A DNA stretch of 64,000 bases from Nitrospirota bacterium. GTDB lineage: Bacteria; Nitrospirota; UBA9217. Below the pieces are notes generated by a model that was not told the origin of the DNA, did no database searches, and worked only from the letters and a program-made list of their open reading frames with translations. Below, one piece after another: positions 1-11,079 of the stretch; the stretch's first letter is position 1; every line of letters begins with the position of its first letter. The position numbers and the translations under genes are program-made. The stretch is from assembly GCA_963818475.1 (NCBI GenBank), contig CAWFSF010000006.1, positions 1,312,001-1,376,000 on the forward strand, given 5' to 3'.

Positions 1-2241
1 ACCCGGTCCTTACTCACAACATCAATCGTCTGCTCGCTCTTCTTCTTGAGTTCCACAAGAAGCTTGCGAAGCTCCGGATTGTGCAGACGGCTTTACTGCT
101 TCTTGAATCAGCTTGGCAGCCGCCTTTTGAATCTGTGCCTCGCTCGGCTCTGCCACACCGGGATTATCCAGCTTCGCCCGTTCAACATGCCGGTCCGGAT
201 CAATGGCAGTGATGAGGCCTGCGCACAGGATCTTCAGGCTCTTGTCCGCAAGCTTCCTGATCTCTGTCTGGTCCTCGGCGCTGATCGCGTGCTCCATGCG
301 CGCCATGCGCACGGCTATGGAGGAGATCACCTCGGGCTCGATATTCCCGAGAGAGACGGCCTGGAGCAGCTTCTCGAAGGATACGGTCCGCTTCTTCTCC
401 ATGGGCCGCGAATCGGTCTTGTCCTGCTCGCACACGCCCACGGCATCGACGATGATGAAATGGTCCTTGGCCCTGGCATCGGGAGTGACTGCCTTCAGGT
501 CGTCGTCATTGATCACGCGCACGCCGCGGCCCTTCATCTGCTCGAAGAAGCTCCGGGACTTGACCGAGCGCATGAAGAGCACCACTTCGAGGGGCTTGAT
601 GTCCGTGCCGGTGGCGATCATGTCGACGGTGACGGCGATGCGCGGCATGGGGCTGGTGCGGAACTCGGCGATCAGGTCCTCCGGCTTTCTGCCGGTGGTC
701 TTGTAGGTGATCTTCTGGCAGAAGTCATTGCCTTTGGCGAACTCCTCGCGCACGATCTTTACGATGTCCTCGGCATGGGAGTCGTCCTTGGCAAAGATGA
801 GCGTCTTGGGCACCCAGGTCCTGCCCGGGAAGATCTCGGTCAGCACCTTGTCGCGATAGGTCCGGACCACGGTGCGTATCTGGTCAGGCGTAACAACGGC
901 CCGGTCGAGCTGGTCAGGATCGTAGGCCAGGTCCTCGTCGAGCCGCTCCCACCGTATCTGTCGTGTCTCGCGGTCGCGCTTGTCCACGTAAAAGCCGGCC
1001 TCGACCTTTCCGCCGCCTTCGGTGATCGCGGTCTTGATGCGGTAGACGTCGTAGTTCACGTTCACGCCGTCGGCAACGGCCTGCTCGTGGCCGTACTCCA
1101 TCACGAGGTTCTGATGGAAGAACCCGAAGGTCTGCTTGTTCGGCGTGGCGGTCAGGCCGATGATCGAGGCGTCGAAGTATTCGAGCACCTGGCGCCAGAG
1201 GTTGTAGATGGAGCGGTGGCATTCGTCGGTCACGATGATGTCGAAGGTCTCGATGGGTATGGCGGGATTGTATTCCAGGGGCGGGACTTCCTTGTAAACC
1301 GTTTCCAGTCCCTGCGCGGACTCCTCGTCCGCCTTCTTCGGGCAGATGCCTCGCCTTTGAGCATGGAGTAGAGCCGCTGTATCGTGCAGATGCAGACCCG
1401 GGCGGTGGTATCGAGCGTATTGGACGTGAGGCGCTGGGCGATGTACTCTTCGGTGAACTTGAAGTTGTTGTAGGGCGAGAGTGTACTGCTGGAATTCCTT
1501 CAAGGCCTGCCTGCCGAGATTGCCCCGGTCAACGAGGAACAGGACCCGCTTTGCCCCGCCGAACTTGATCAACCGGTACAGGAAGGTTATGGCAGTGAAG
1601 GTCTTGCCGCTTCCGGTCGCCATCTGGATGAGCGCGCGGGGACGGTTCTCGGCAAGCGACTTTTCGAGGTTCTTGATCGCGACTGATCTGCGCGGGCCAG
1701 AGCCCGTCTTCGATCAGGGGCGGCATCTGACGGATGCGGGAGTTGAGCGTCGGCTGTTTGCCGTAAAGATGTTTTTCAGCAGCCATGTTCCGTAGGGGCG
1801 AACGGCCGTTCGCCCGTACTAGCAAGCCAATCAGCAAAGGTTTCAGGCTTATGAAAGAAGAATACCTGGCGGGAACAAGGCTCGGGATCGAAGCCGTTCG
1901 TGAACCTGGTTTCGATGCCTGTTGATTGATAACAGAACGGAAGCGGACGGGTCCATGCAGGAAGGCCGTCAGGCAATCCTTTGCTGTATTTCGCGGACTG
2001 GATCTCAACGCCGGTGAGCGTGGCGCCGGCCTTCTTTGCTTCGATCACCCCGGCTGCCTTGCCGTCGACATAGAGCAGATAGTCGGCAGTACCGTAGCCG
2101 GACTTCAGCTCGAACTCGCGGATAGCCACGCCCTGTTTCGCGTACAGGTTGACCGCCTTCGCGTCCTGAACAGCCCACCCTGCCTGATACCAGCATCCGG
2201 TCGATCTGTTCACGGGCTATGTCTTCGGGGCCGAGGGGCAT
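1..2241 (-). CDS. hsdR: Type I restriction enzyme R subunit (EcoEI-like), split by several indels, runs off the left edge
   Basis: ORFs 2005..2262, 1776..2213 and 22..1623 join: MPLGPEDIAREQID..GWAVQD, ADYLLYVDGKAAGVIEAKK (nuclease), MATGSGKT (Walker A), DECH, TATP, QMKGRG. Confidence 0.9.
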
Positions 2242-2347
2242 CCATTCTTCCTTAACTGACATTGTGCATAAAAGCGTTTTTCATAGACGAAGTTACAGGA
2301 AATAGGCGCAAAAGGCAAGGTTCTTGATGGGCTAATTATGGGGTAGT

Positions 2348-2451
2348 GGGTCAGGGGTCAGGGGTGCAGGGGTGCAGGGTGCAGGGGTGCAGGGGTGCAG
2401 GGGTGCAGGGGTGCAGGGGTGCAGGGGTGCAGGGTTCAGGGTTCAGGGGTC
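2348..2451. repeat. G-tract tandem repeat (GGGGTGCA)n with GGGTTCA/GGGGTCA variants
   Basis: 8 perfect GGGGTGCA units plus variants, 14 G3-G4 tracts. Confidence 0.95.
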
Positions 2452-2469
2452 GTCGGTTCCCAAAAAAGG

Positions 2470-2503
2470 AAAAGCCCGTGAATCATATGATTCACGGGCT
2501 TTT
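2470..2503 (-). terminator. Intrinsic terminator of tRNA-Pro (possibly bidirectional)
   Basis: Perfect 34-bp palindrome AAAAGCCCGTGAATCAT|ATGATTCACGGGCTTTT just after the tRNA 3' end. Confidence 0.85.
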
Positions 2504-2508
2504 TATTA

Positions 2509-2585
2509 TGGTCGGGGCGAGCCGATTTGAACGGCCGACCACTCGCACCCCAAGCGAGTACGCTACCAGGCTGCGCCACGCCCCG
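2509..2585 (-). tRNA. tRNA-Pro(GGG)
   Basis: Reverse complement CGGGGCGTGGCGCAGCCTGGTAGCG..CTCGC-TTGGGGT-GCGAG..GTTCAAATC..CGCCCCGACCA, 77 nt; usual ihfA-merR-tRNA-Pro synteny. Confidence 0.97.
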
Positions 2586-2642
2586 ATGTAAAACACAGAG
2601 GATTTACTGCGAAACGGTAAAAGTGAATCAGAATGATCTGTA

Positions 2643-2969
2643 CTATTTCAGGATATCCAGGATCTCTCGTAATTCTTTCTTTGCCGTGTCTATGATGCTG
2701 TCGAGATCCTGTCCTGCCCTGCTGCTCAGTTTTTTCCTTGCTCCGGCGATCGTGTATCCTTCGCTATAGAGCATTTGCTTGATGTGAAGGATGCGGTCGA
2801 TGTCTTCTTTTTTATATACCCGCTGCTCGGACCGGCCTTTTTCCGGCTTAAGCTGGGGAAATTCGGTTTCCCAGTATCGCAGGACATAGGGTTCCAAACC
2901 GGTAAGCCGGCTGACCTCACCGATCCGGTAGAAAAGCTTATTCGGCAGCTGCCGGGGCTTCGATGACAT
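2643..2969 (-). CDS. MerR-family transcriptional regulator
   Basis: [39 protein letters not shown], downstream of ihfA. Confidence 0.92.
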   Translation of the reverse strand: MSSKPRQLPNKLFYRIGEVSRLTGLEPYVLRYWETEFPQLKPEKGRSEQRVYKKEDIDRILHIKQMLYSEGYTIAGARKKLSSRAGQDLDSIIDTAKKELREILDILK

Positions 2970-3238
2970 GCTCTTTAAAGATCATGCTGGGCCTGAAACT
3001 GACGACTTTTCTCGGAGTGATCTCGATCTCCTGCCCCGTCTTGGGATTGCGGCCTTTGCGGGAATTTTTGCTTCCGCACCACGAAATTCCCGAACCCGGA
3101 AAGTTTCACGGTCTCCCCCTGTTTCAAGGCCTGCTTGATAGTATCCAGAATCATCTCGACCATTTCTTCGGCGTCCTGCTTTGGCAGGCCGACTTTGTCA
3201 AACACTTCTGAGATGATGTCCGCCTTCGTCATAGGCAC
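2966..3238 (-). CDS. ihfA: Integration host factor alpha subunit (one indel near 3070)
   Basis: [20 protein letters not shown], then alternate frame [24 protein letters not shown]. Confidence 0.88.
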
Positions 3239-3491
3239 CTCCTCTGGAAGTGCATAATATAGATAATAACCAATTCAAAGTCAAGGCAAATGTATATCAA
3301 ATGTATCAATATATCAAAAAAATGAATAGCAGGTGCATATCCGGATATTCGTCGCCTTCCGGTACGGCTGAGAGATCAAAAGTCATGAGCGCGATGACAT
3401 CGCCCCACTCCTGTTGCCGTCGTAAATCCGCTTTCCGTGACTTGTTATTTATGTTTGAAAACCAAGGGAGTCTGCTATAATAACCGCCGAT

Positions 3492-5317
3492 ATGATCAGG
3501 GAAATCAAACTCAGCGGCAAAGCAAATGACGTGGTAGATTACTACGTTACGATCACGGGCGAGGACCTCAGCAACCGGTATTTTTTCGAGTCCCTTCCCG
3601 AAGGGGACCGTTTTTTCTCCGGCGGCAACGAGTTCATCATCTCCGCCTGACGGCGTCCGCTACCTGGGGACCGGCGGCAGCGTTTGCGAATACATGTTCG
3701 GCGTCGACCTGCCGCTCAAGGACCTGCTGCGAAAGGACGTGTCGAACCGTCTCGTGATGTACGGTGCCTTCTACGACACCGGAGAAAACATCACCTTCTC
3801 GAACACGACGGCCGGAAAAGAGTCCTTTGACCAGGTTTTCCTTACGGGCAATGCGGTCTCGAACTATTACTTTTTCGTTCATTCTTCGCAAAAAGCAGAC
3901 ATCCGGGACCAGCAGCGCGATATCCTCAAAAGCATCGGCAAAAGCGTAAAGCGGAGCGATATGGTCGGCGCCAGCAGATGACTCCGGGTTCTGCCGCGAG
4001 ATCTTTGACGCACTCGGCGATCCCACGTGCGCTCACGTTCCTTTTCCGGTTCGTGAACCGGCATAACGAAGAATATATCCAGACGTTCAACCGGCTGCAC
4101 CTGGAGCAGAAAACGCTCACCCCTGCCGCCAGTGCGATCCTTGACGATCTCGCAAAGAAGCACAACATCATCCCCTACCAGCAGGAACGCATCAAGATCG
4201 ACGGAATGTACAAGCTTCCGGAGAACAAGAAGATCGTCGACGAATACAAGGACATCCTGATCGCCGTGTCGGAGAAGGGCGAAGTGAACCCCTCGGAGCT
4301 GGCAAAACTCTCGAGGCTCCGGACCCTGAGCCTCCGGCTCAATATCCCCCATACGCTCTTTGACACGCTCGACGAACGGCTGCTCAAGGACATGAACATC
4401 GTCGAGGTGGAGGAGCCGGACTACATCCGGGAGACGCGCGCGATCTTCGAAGGACTGTTCTTCCGGGCGGACAAGATACGCGGCCACATTTCCCATGAGG
4501 ACCTCATCAAACTGCTGAAGGCCAAGGAAAAATCCGTCCAATCACCGCGACCCGGCCTTTGAAAGCCTGCTCCTGGACACCGTGCGGGCCTGCGACGAGC
4601 ACGCCCGGGACACCAACGACACGGCAGTGCTTGAGTCCATGAGCAACGTTCTCACCTATTTCGACCGCTACGACAGCGCAGCGACCACGATCAACAACCT
4701 TGCGTTCATGGAGAACTCGACCCTGACCGAGGGCAACATCAGGAGCCTCTACGGCAACAAGGAGATCTTCGACGCGATCAACCCGGATATTTTCCGGGAG
4801 CTGTTCATTGAAAGCGTCAGGAGCAACCGCTACCTGACGCGGTACGGCCGCAAGAAGATCGACAAACTGTTCAGCGGCCTGCTCCAGATCAAATCAGGAG
4901 ACAGCACCTATCGTGAACTGGCCACCGACCATCCAGAGGATCCGTGAGGACGAACGCCTGTACGCTCTCATCCACCGCTACGTCAAGGACCGTTTCAAGA
5001 GCATCTATGCCGAACTGAACTCGAAGGAGGACCAGGAGATCTTCATCCAGGACCTGAACCGCGAGATACAGGCCAAAGGCATCGTCCAGGGCCCCGTGCC
5101 CCATGAGGTGTTCGAGGAGATCATCCTTGATTTCAGGAAGGAATCGTTCTATCTCAACAACCTCCTGCCGCACATCATCGTTTCCCGGGACAGCCAGGTG
5201 CGCGAGGATTTCCTCATGAACAGCGGCCTTGACCGCTTCTATGTCGAAGAGCTTGAAAAGGACTACTTTGGAATGAACCGGATCGAGCAGCGCATACTCG
5301 AAGAGATCAGAAAATAG
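3492..5317 (+). CDS. Conserved hypothetical protein, TIGR04442-like (split by indels)
   Basis: MIREIKLSG..DRFFSGGNEF..GGSVCEYMFGVDLPLKDLL; ORFs 3694, 3978, 4582, 4913 abut; family recalled from memory. Confidence 0.7.
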
Positions 5318-5319
5318 CC

Positions 5320-6493
5320 ATGTTCAAGATCAAAGTTCTGGACCGCTACATATTCGAAGAGCTCCTTCCGCCCTTCTTCCTCAGCATGTTCATCGATCAC
5401 GCTCGTGCTGTTCATCCAGAAGATGTTCAGACTGGCGGAACTGGTGATATCCAAGGGCGTCACGATCACGGCCACGCTCAAGCTGCTGGCCTTTATCCTG
5501 CCGGGTTTCCTCGTCATCACCATTCCGATGTCCGCACTCGTAGCGTCGATCACCGCATTTTCCCGGCTTTCATCGGACTCCGAGATCACGGCCATGAAAA
5601 CCTCTCGCGTCAGCCTTTACCGCATGCTCCGGCCCGTGGCCCTTTTTGCGTTCCTTGCCTTCTGCGCCACGGCGCTCACCTCGCTCGTCCTGCTGCCCGC
5701 GGCAAATACGGCGCTGAAGGCCCACCTGTTCAACATGGTAAAATCCCAGGCCATGGTCGGCATCGAGGCAGGGGTGTTCAGCAGTGCTTTCGACGGAATG
5801 GTCATTTATGTGGACAAGATGGAATCGCTCGACAAGATGGAGGGCATCTTCATCTCGGACGAGCGTTCGGCAAAAGACCCCTACTCCATCGTGGCCAAGC
5901 GGGGAAAGCTGATCACCGACCCGCAGTCCTTCAAGGTCACCCTCGCCATGGAAGAAGGGGCCATCTATTCCATGCCGCGCGATGAAGGCAAATACCATCT
6001 CACCTCATTCGCCGCAGGCAATATTTTCCTCGACCTTAACCGTTCCCTGCTGCCGGCGGCCCCGGCCACGGATTACCGGGACGCATCCATCCAGACACTG
6101 CTCACTGACATCAGGGCACTTCGCGCCCAGGGCAAGCCGACTTTTCGTCTCGAAAGCGAACTCCATATGCGGTTGTCCATCCCCGTGGCCTGCCTGATCT
6201 TCGGCATCATCGGCGCCCCCCTCGGCATCCGCAGAGCGCGCTCCGGAAGATCTGCCGGGATCGCGATCGCCCTTGCAGTTTTTTTTCTCTACTATGTATT
6301 GATCGGTACCAGCAAGAACCTGGCCGAGACCGGTTTACTGTCGCCGGCTGCTGCATACTGGATCCCGAATGCGATCATGATCACGGGTTCAGTCATGATG
6401 CTCCATATCAGGAACAATGAGATCAACCTTGGCATCATTGACCGCTTCGTCCATTTTTATTCCCGGCTTCGCAAACAGCGGACCATGCCCTGA
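5320..6493 (+). CDS. lptF: LPS export ABC permease LptF (indel near 5396)
   Basis: LDRYIFEELLPPF, RLSSDSEITAMKTS, ELHMRLSIP, multiple TM segments; paired with lptG. Confidence 0.88.
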
Positions 6494-6520
6494 TCCGGAA
6501 GGAACGGTACCGAAACCATT

Positions 6521-7607
6521 ATGAACATACTCAGCCGTTACATACTCAGGGAATTCTTCCGATTCTTCGCTACAGCGCTGAGCGGCATATCCATTGTCTA
6601 TCTCTGTGTCGAATTTCCTTCAAAAAGCCGACGATTTCATCCGTTTCAAGGCTACGATCTCGCAAGTTGTCCGGTATTTTCTCTACAATCTGCCGTCGAT
6701 CATCACCCCGTCCATACCGATCGCGGCACTGATCGCCACACTCCTGTCGCTCGGCGCCCTGTCGCGCCACAACGAGATCATCGCCATGCGGTCCAGCGGG
6801 ATCAGCCTCGGCCGCATCGTGTTGCCGGTGCTCGCCGGCGGCCTCCTGATCTCGGCCATCGGCTTCCTCAATAATGAGCTCATCATGCCGACCTACGCCG
6901 CCAAAGCCAACTATATCCGCAAGGTGGAGATCGAAGAAAAAGCAACAGCTCGTCATGTTCAGGCGCAATAAGCTCTGGCTGCGCGGTCCGGACAACAGCA
7001 TCGCGAACATCGCCTTCGTCTCACCGGACCGCAACGAGATGTTCGGCCTGAATATCTTCAAGCTCGACAGTGATTTCACCGTGCGGAAAGGATCCAGGCC
7101 GACAGACTGGTGTGGGAAAACGATGCCTGGCGGCTGCAGCAGAGCATTGTCTATAAACAGACCGGCGATACTGCTATTGCCCGCCCGGCTGACGGCGAGA
7201 TATACAACATCGTGGATACCCCCGCGGATCTCGGCATGATCGTCAAAAAATCCGAAGAAATGAGCTTTGCCGAACTCTGGGACTATGTGCGCCGCATTAA
7301 AAACAGCGGCTACAATGCAATGCGCGAAGAAATGGCGCTGTACGGCAAGATCTCATTCCCTTTTTCGAGCCTGCTCATGGTCATGCTCGCCACGCCGCTC
7401 TCCCTGCAGCGGGTGCGGAGCGGCGGCGCCGGCAAAGGAATAGCGATCGCCGTCTTCATCTCGTTCGCCTACTGGGGGCTGCTCAGCATCGGAACCGCAC
7501 TGGGCAGGTCCGGCGCCGTGCCGCCGCTGATCGCTTCGTGGCTCGCGAATGCGCTGTTCTCGCTCTATGCCTGCGTGATGATGGTCCGCATGCACCGCAA
7601 TTCCTGA
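6521..7607 (+). CDS. lptG: LPS export ABC permease LptG (split by indels)
   Basis: MNILSRYILREF, LSRHNEIIAMRSSGIS, EEMSFAEL, PPLIASWLAN. Confidence 0.88.
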
Positions 7608-7659
7608 TGGATACTGAGCTGCTCGGCCGATTCCTGCTTGATGAACCTGCTCTAGCCCG

Positions 7660-8340
7660 ATGATGAAAAAGACCCTCAGCATACTGTTCGGCATCGCCCT
7701 GGTGCCCTTCTGCATCGGCTTTACCTGGCAGCTCGGCATGACCGTGTCCGGCATTCGATACAGGCCCGACCTCCCCTACTTCTTTGCAGCAGGATCACTG
7801 GTCTATATAACGCTCCACGTGCTGTTCAGAAAACCGATCCTGACCTATGTCTTCGGCCATGAACTTACCCATGCCCTTTTCGCCGTGCTCTTTGGCGGTT
7901 CGGTCAAATCGTTCCATGCCAGCGAACGGGGCGGCCGTGTCACGATCACGAAATCCAACGTCATTATCACCCTGGCGCCGTATTTTTTTCCGTTGTACAC
8001 GTTCATAGCGCTCCTTCTGTACGGCACGGCTGTTGCGGCAGGACTGCAGGGGGCGGTGGGCTGGACCGTCTTTCTCGCCGGCGCGACCTTCGCATTTCAT
8101 CTGGTGCTTACTGCCGTCTTTCTGCAGACCGAACAGAGTGACGTCAGTGAATACGGGACGATCTTCTCCTTCCCGCTCATCTATCTTTTTAATGTGGCCT
8201 TCACCGCACTTCTCGTCCGGCTGCTTTTGGCAGAGAACATGGAGTACCTCCTTTTCCTCAGCGGTGGTATAATGAAGGGCATTAACGTGTCCGTGCTCAT
8301 CGCAGGCAAGATCTACCGCATGGCCGGGAACGTCATCTGA
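7660..8340 (+). CDS. Membrane protein with HExxH motif (M50-like metallopeptidase)
   Basis: YVFGHELTHALFA, ITLAPYFFP, several TM helices. Confidence 0.65.
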   Translation: MMKKTLSILFGIALVPFCIGFTWQLGMTVSGIRYRPDLPYFFAAGSLVYITLHVLFRKPILTYVFGHELTHALFAVLFGGSVKSFHASERGGRVTITKSNVIITLAPYFFPLYTFIALLLYGTAVAAGLQGAVGWTVFLAGATFAFHLVLTAVFLQTEQSDVSEYGTIFSFPLIYLFNVAFTALLVRLLLAENMEYLLFLSGGIMKGINVSVLIAGKIYRMAGNVI

Positions 8341-8489
8341 TCCGCGCAAAAGGGACCATGAACAGATTTGACAGGATAACCGGATTTACAGATTGCATGG
8401 ATCAAACGTTTTTTTTACAGATTTTATCCTGTTCTCCTGGCGCTGTTTTTTTTGTCCGATAAAGGACAACTGTTTATGAAAGGAACGCC

Positions 8490-9104
8490 ATGCTCATCGT
8501 TGGGCTGACCGGCGGGATCGCGAGCGGGAAAAGCCTTGTTGCCCGCGTGTTCAAGGATCTTGGCGCGACCGTCATTGACGCGGACAGGATCGTCCATGAG
8601 CTGCTGGAGCCGGACCAGGACGCCTGGAAAGAGATCATCCAGTACTTCGGCAGGGATGTTGAGCGGACCGACAGGACCATCGACCGGCGTAAACTCGGCG
8701 CCATCGTCTTCAGCGACCGGGAAAAACGCGCCTGGCTCAACGCCTGCCTCCACCCCCGGGTTTTCTCGGTGTACACCACCCAGGTGGCCCACCTCAGGAT
8801 GCGGGCGCCCGACGCGCTCCTGATTTTCGATGCCGCCCTGCTCATTGAATCCGGATATCACCGGAATATGGACCGGCTCATCGTTGTGTACGCGGAAACG
8901 GAACAACAGGCTGAGCGGCTAATGGCACGCGACGGCTTCACCCGTGAAGAAGCGCTTTTAAGAATTGCAAGCCAGATGCCGCTGAGTGAAAAGCGGATGT
9001 TCGCCGATCATGTTATCGACAACAGCGGGAGCCGTGAGGAGACCGAACGACAGGCGAGGGAACTCTTTGAACAGTTGAAAAACGAAGCGAAAGGGCGTGC
9101 GTGA
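8490..9104 (+). CDS. coaE: Dephospho-CoA kinase
   Basis: VGLTGGIASGKS, IDADRIVHEL, RIASQMPL, VIDNSG. Confidence 0.95.
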   Translation: MLIVGLTGGIASGKSLVARVFKDLGATVIDADRIVHELLEPDQDAWKEIIQYFGRDVERTDRTIDRRKLGAIVFSDREKRAWLNACLHPRVFSVYTTQVAHLRMRAPDALLIFDAALLIESGYHRNMDRLIVVYAETEQQAERLMARDGFTREEALLRIASQMPLSEKRMFADHVIDNSGSREETERQARELFEQLKNEAKGRA

Positions 9105-9649
9105 GTCCTGCTCTGACCATCATACCGATGAAGCGCTGCCATATCAAGGCGTGCGACGATATTGTAGCTGCATCAGAACCCTGGAAGACCCTTCGGGAAA
9201 AGGTCGATTTCGGACACGCCATCACCCGTGAACAGGCCCATGTCTGCATCCGGCGGGCGGGCGGCGCGATCGAGGTCGCCGGGTTCATTCTCTTTACGGC
9301 AGAACCTGTTTTTGCCCGGGGTGGCTATCTCCGCGCCGTGGGTGTTGCCCCGTCCCTGCGCGGTCAGGGCATCGGCGGCAAGCTGCTGGCATTCGCCGAG
9401 AAGGCGGTGTCCCGGCAGGCGCAGTACTTCTACCTGTGCGTCTCTTCCTTCAATCGAAAGGGACAAGCCTTTTACAGGAAACGGGGATATACGAGGGTCG
9501 GGACCCTTCCCGGCCTGACGTCGCCCGATACTTCGGAATATATTTACTGGAAACAGCTCGACCATACACGGAAAAGGAGAATGGAAGTCCCCGCCGGCGC
9601 AGCCACGCTTAAGCAGCGCAAGACGCGGCAGGGGCCAGCGACACCATGA
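9101..9649 (+). CDS. GNAT-family N-acetyltransferase
   Basis: VAPSLRGQGIGGKLL and AFYRKRGY motifs. Confidence 0.88.
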   Translation: MSPALTIIPMKRCHIKACDDIVAASEPWKTLREKVDFGHAITREQAHVCIRRAGGAIEVAGFILFTAEPVFARGGYLRAVGVAPSLRGQGIGGKLLAFAEKAVSRQAQYFYLCVSSFNRKGQAFYRKRGYTRVGTLPGLTSPDTSEYIYWKQLDHTRKRRMEVPAGAATLKQRKTRQGPATP

Positions 9650-10317
9650 AAAACATCAAACAGATAGAGCTGTTCAAGAACCTCACCGACGATGAAATGA
9701 AGGAGATGGCCCCTTACCTCGTCACGGCGCAGTACAAGAAGAAGGAAACGATCTTTTCCGAGGGAGAACCTCCGGAGTGGTTTTACATTGTCCTGAGCGG
9801 CAAGGTGAAGATCACCAAGCTGTCCCATGAGGGCAAGGAGATCATTCTCGAGATCATATCGCCCCATGACATCTTCGGCGGCGTGGCGGTGATCCGAGGG
9901 TTCGCCTACCCCGGCAATGCCGTTGCCATGGAAGACAGCGAAGTCCTGAAGATCTCCCGAAAGAACCTGATGCGCCTGGTGGACCGGTTCCCGAACCTCA
10001 TGTACTTCATCGCGCTCCAGCTCGGCGACCGGATGAAAAGCTCCTATGATTCCCTGAAGAACATCGCCCTTGAGCGCGTCGAAGCGCGCATCGCGGCATT
10101 GCTGCTGAAACTCGCGAACAAGATCGGCGTCGAGACCGACGAGGGCACCCTGATCGATATGCGCCTGACGAAGCAGGACGTGGCCGACATGGTCGGCACC
10201 ACGGTCGAGACCTCGATCCGGACGTTCAGCAAGTTCAAGAAAGATGGCCTGGTGTCGGACAGTGACGGCAAGTTCGTGATCAAGGACCCCGAAGGGCTCG
10301 CTGAGCTGTCGTCCTGA
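9646..10317 (+). CDS. Crp/Fnr-family regulator (Dnr/HcpR-like, no Fnr cysteines)
   Basis: IFSEGEP..GKVKI..GKEIIL cNMP domain; HTH TKQDVADMVGTTVETSIR. Confidence 0.92.
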   Translation: MKNIKQIELFKNLTDDEMKEMAPYLVTAQYKKKETIFSEGEPPEWFYIVLSGKVKITKLSHEGKEIILEIISPHDIFGGVAVIRGFAYPGNAVAMEDSEVLKISRKNLMRLVDRFPNLMYFIALQLGDRMKSSYDSLKNIALERVEARIAALLLKLANKIGVETDEGTLIDMRLTKQDVADMVGTTVETSIRTFSKFKKDGLVSDSDGKFVIKDPEGLAELSS

Positions 10318-10422
10318 AGCAAAAAGTCGGCAGGACGTTATCCGCCCTTAGTCCGACGCTAATCCGATTCTTCCGTGCTCCAAGGTTTTTTAGGATAATC
10401 GCGTTGTTGTCTACGTTGTCTT

Positions 10423-10836
10423 CTAATGCGGCTGCTCGACCTTGGTCAAAAGCGTCATGAGCATATTATAGAAGAAGAGGAACACGGTGACCGCCTCGAC
10501 AACTCCCGACACGACGGTGATCGTCATATATGTGCCTGAGGGGGAGTAGACGTTCAGCGTATAGAACACCAGCATGGCGATCAGCGCGATGTTCGCAAGA
10601 TAGAACTGCACCTCGCCGATCCTGTTGCTGTAGAGCGGCCGGCCCATGAAGCGCGGCAGGATATGGTAGCCCACGCCGTAGATCATCATCGAGACCCATC
10701 CCAGCATGTTCAGATGGGAATGCACGAACTTGAGCGCCATCAGGTCCTGATGACCCAGCATGAAGAGGCCCAAAATCGTCGACACTCCGAGATATACAAT
10801 GCTCATTACGATAAAACCCTTCACGAACCTGTCCAT
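10423..10836 (-). CDS. Small 4-TM membrane protein with conserved His (HxHLNMLGW; NnrS/heme-copper-oxidase-fragment-like)
   Basis: FVHSHLNMLGWVSMMIYGVGYHILPRF; SD GAGGAGG upstream. Confidence 0.65.
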   Translation of the reverse strand: MDRFVKGFIVMSIVYLGVSTILGLFMLGHQDLMALKFVHSHLNMLGWVSMMIYGVGYHILPRFMGRPLYSNRIGEVQFYLANIALIAMLVFYTLNVYSPSGTYMTITVVSGVVEAVTVFLFFYNMLMTLLTKVEQPH

Positions 10837-10871
10837 AGTAGATCCTCCTCTTAAAATGAATTATGGCCCAT

Positions 10872-10912
10872 AGTATATCAGATAACCCTTTTCTGCTATG
10901 ATTTTTGTCATA
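10872..10912 (-). promoter_or_regulatory. Class II Crp/Fnr-type promoter
   Basis: TATGA-N6-TCATA at 10897-10912; extended -10 TGnTATACT on minus strand (10872-10880). Confidence 0.6.
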
Positions 10913-11079
10913 TGAGCTAGGTCAGGGTCTTCTTCACCACGGAGACACAGAGACACGGAGGAAACAGATTCTTTTGACACTGAAAAAACGTGATTGTTTA
11001 TGATTCCGGTGCAAATCATATAAAATCAGTGGAAATCAGTGTCAAAAAAAGAGGTTATGTATTGACCATGAGGTGACCG

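Noticed and set aside
46-1371. 441-aa plus-strand ORF, and similar long antisense ORFs such as 26893-27885 and 18535-19323
   Set aside because: Shadow frames of GC-rich genes with clear motifs on the opposite strand
2348-2451. CRISPR array, or the real protein MGQGSGVQGCR...
   Set aside because: 7-8-bp units with no spacers and no cas genes; the ORF only translates the repeat
2966-7607. Pseudogenes or programmed frameshifts in ihfA, lptF and lptG
   Set aside because: Core or essential genes with scattered single-base indels and no consistent slippery motif; sequencing error is simpler
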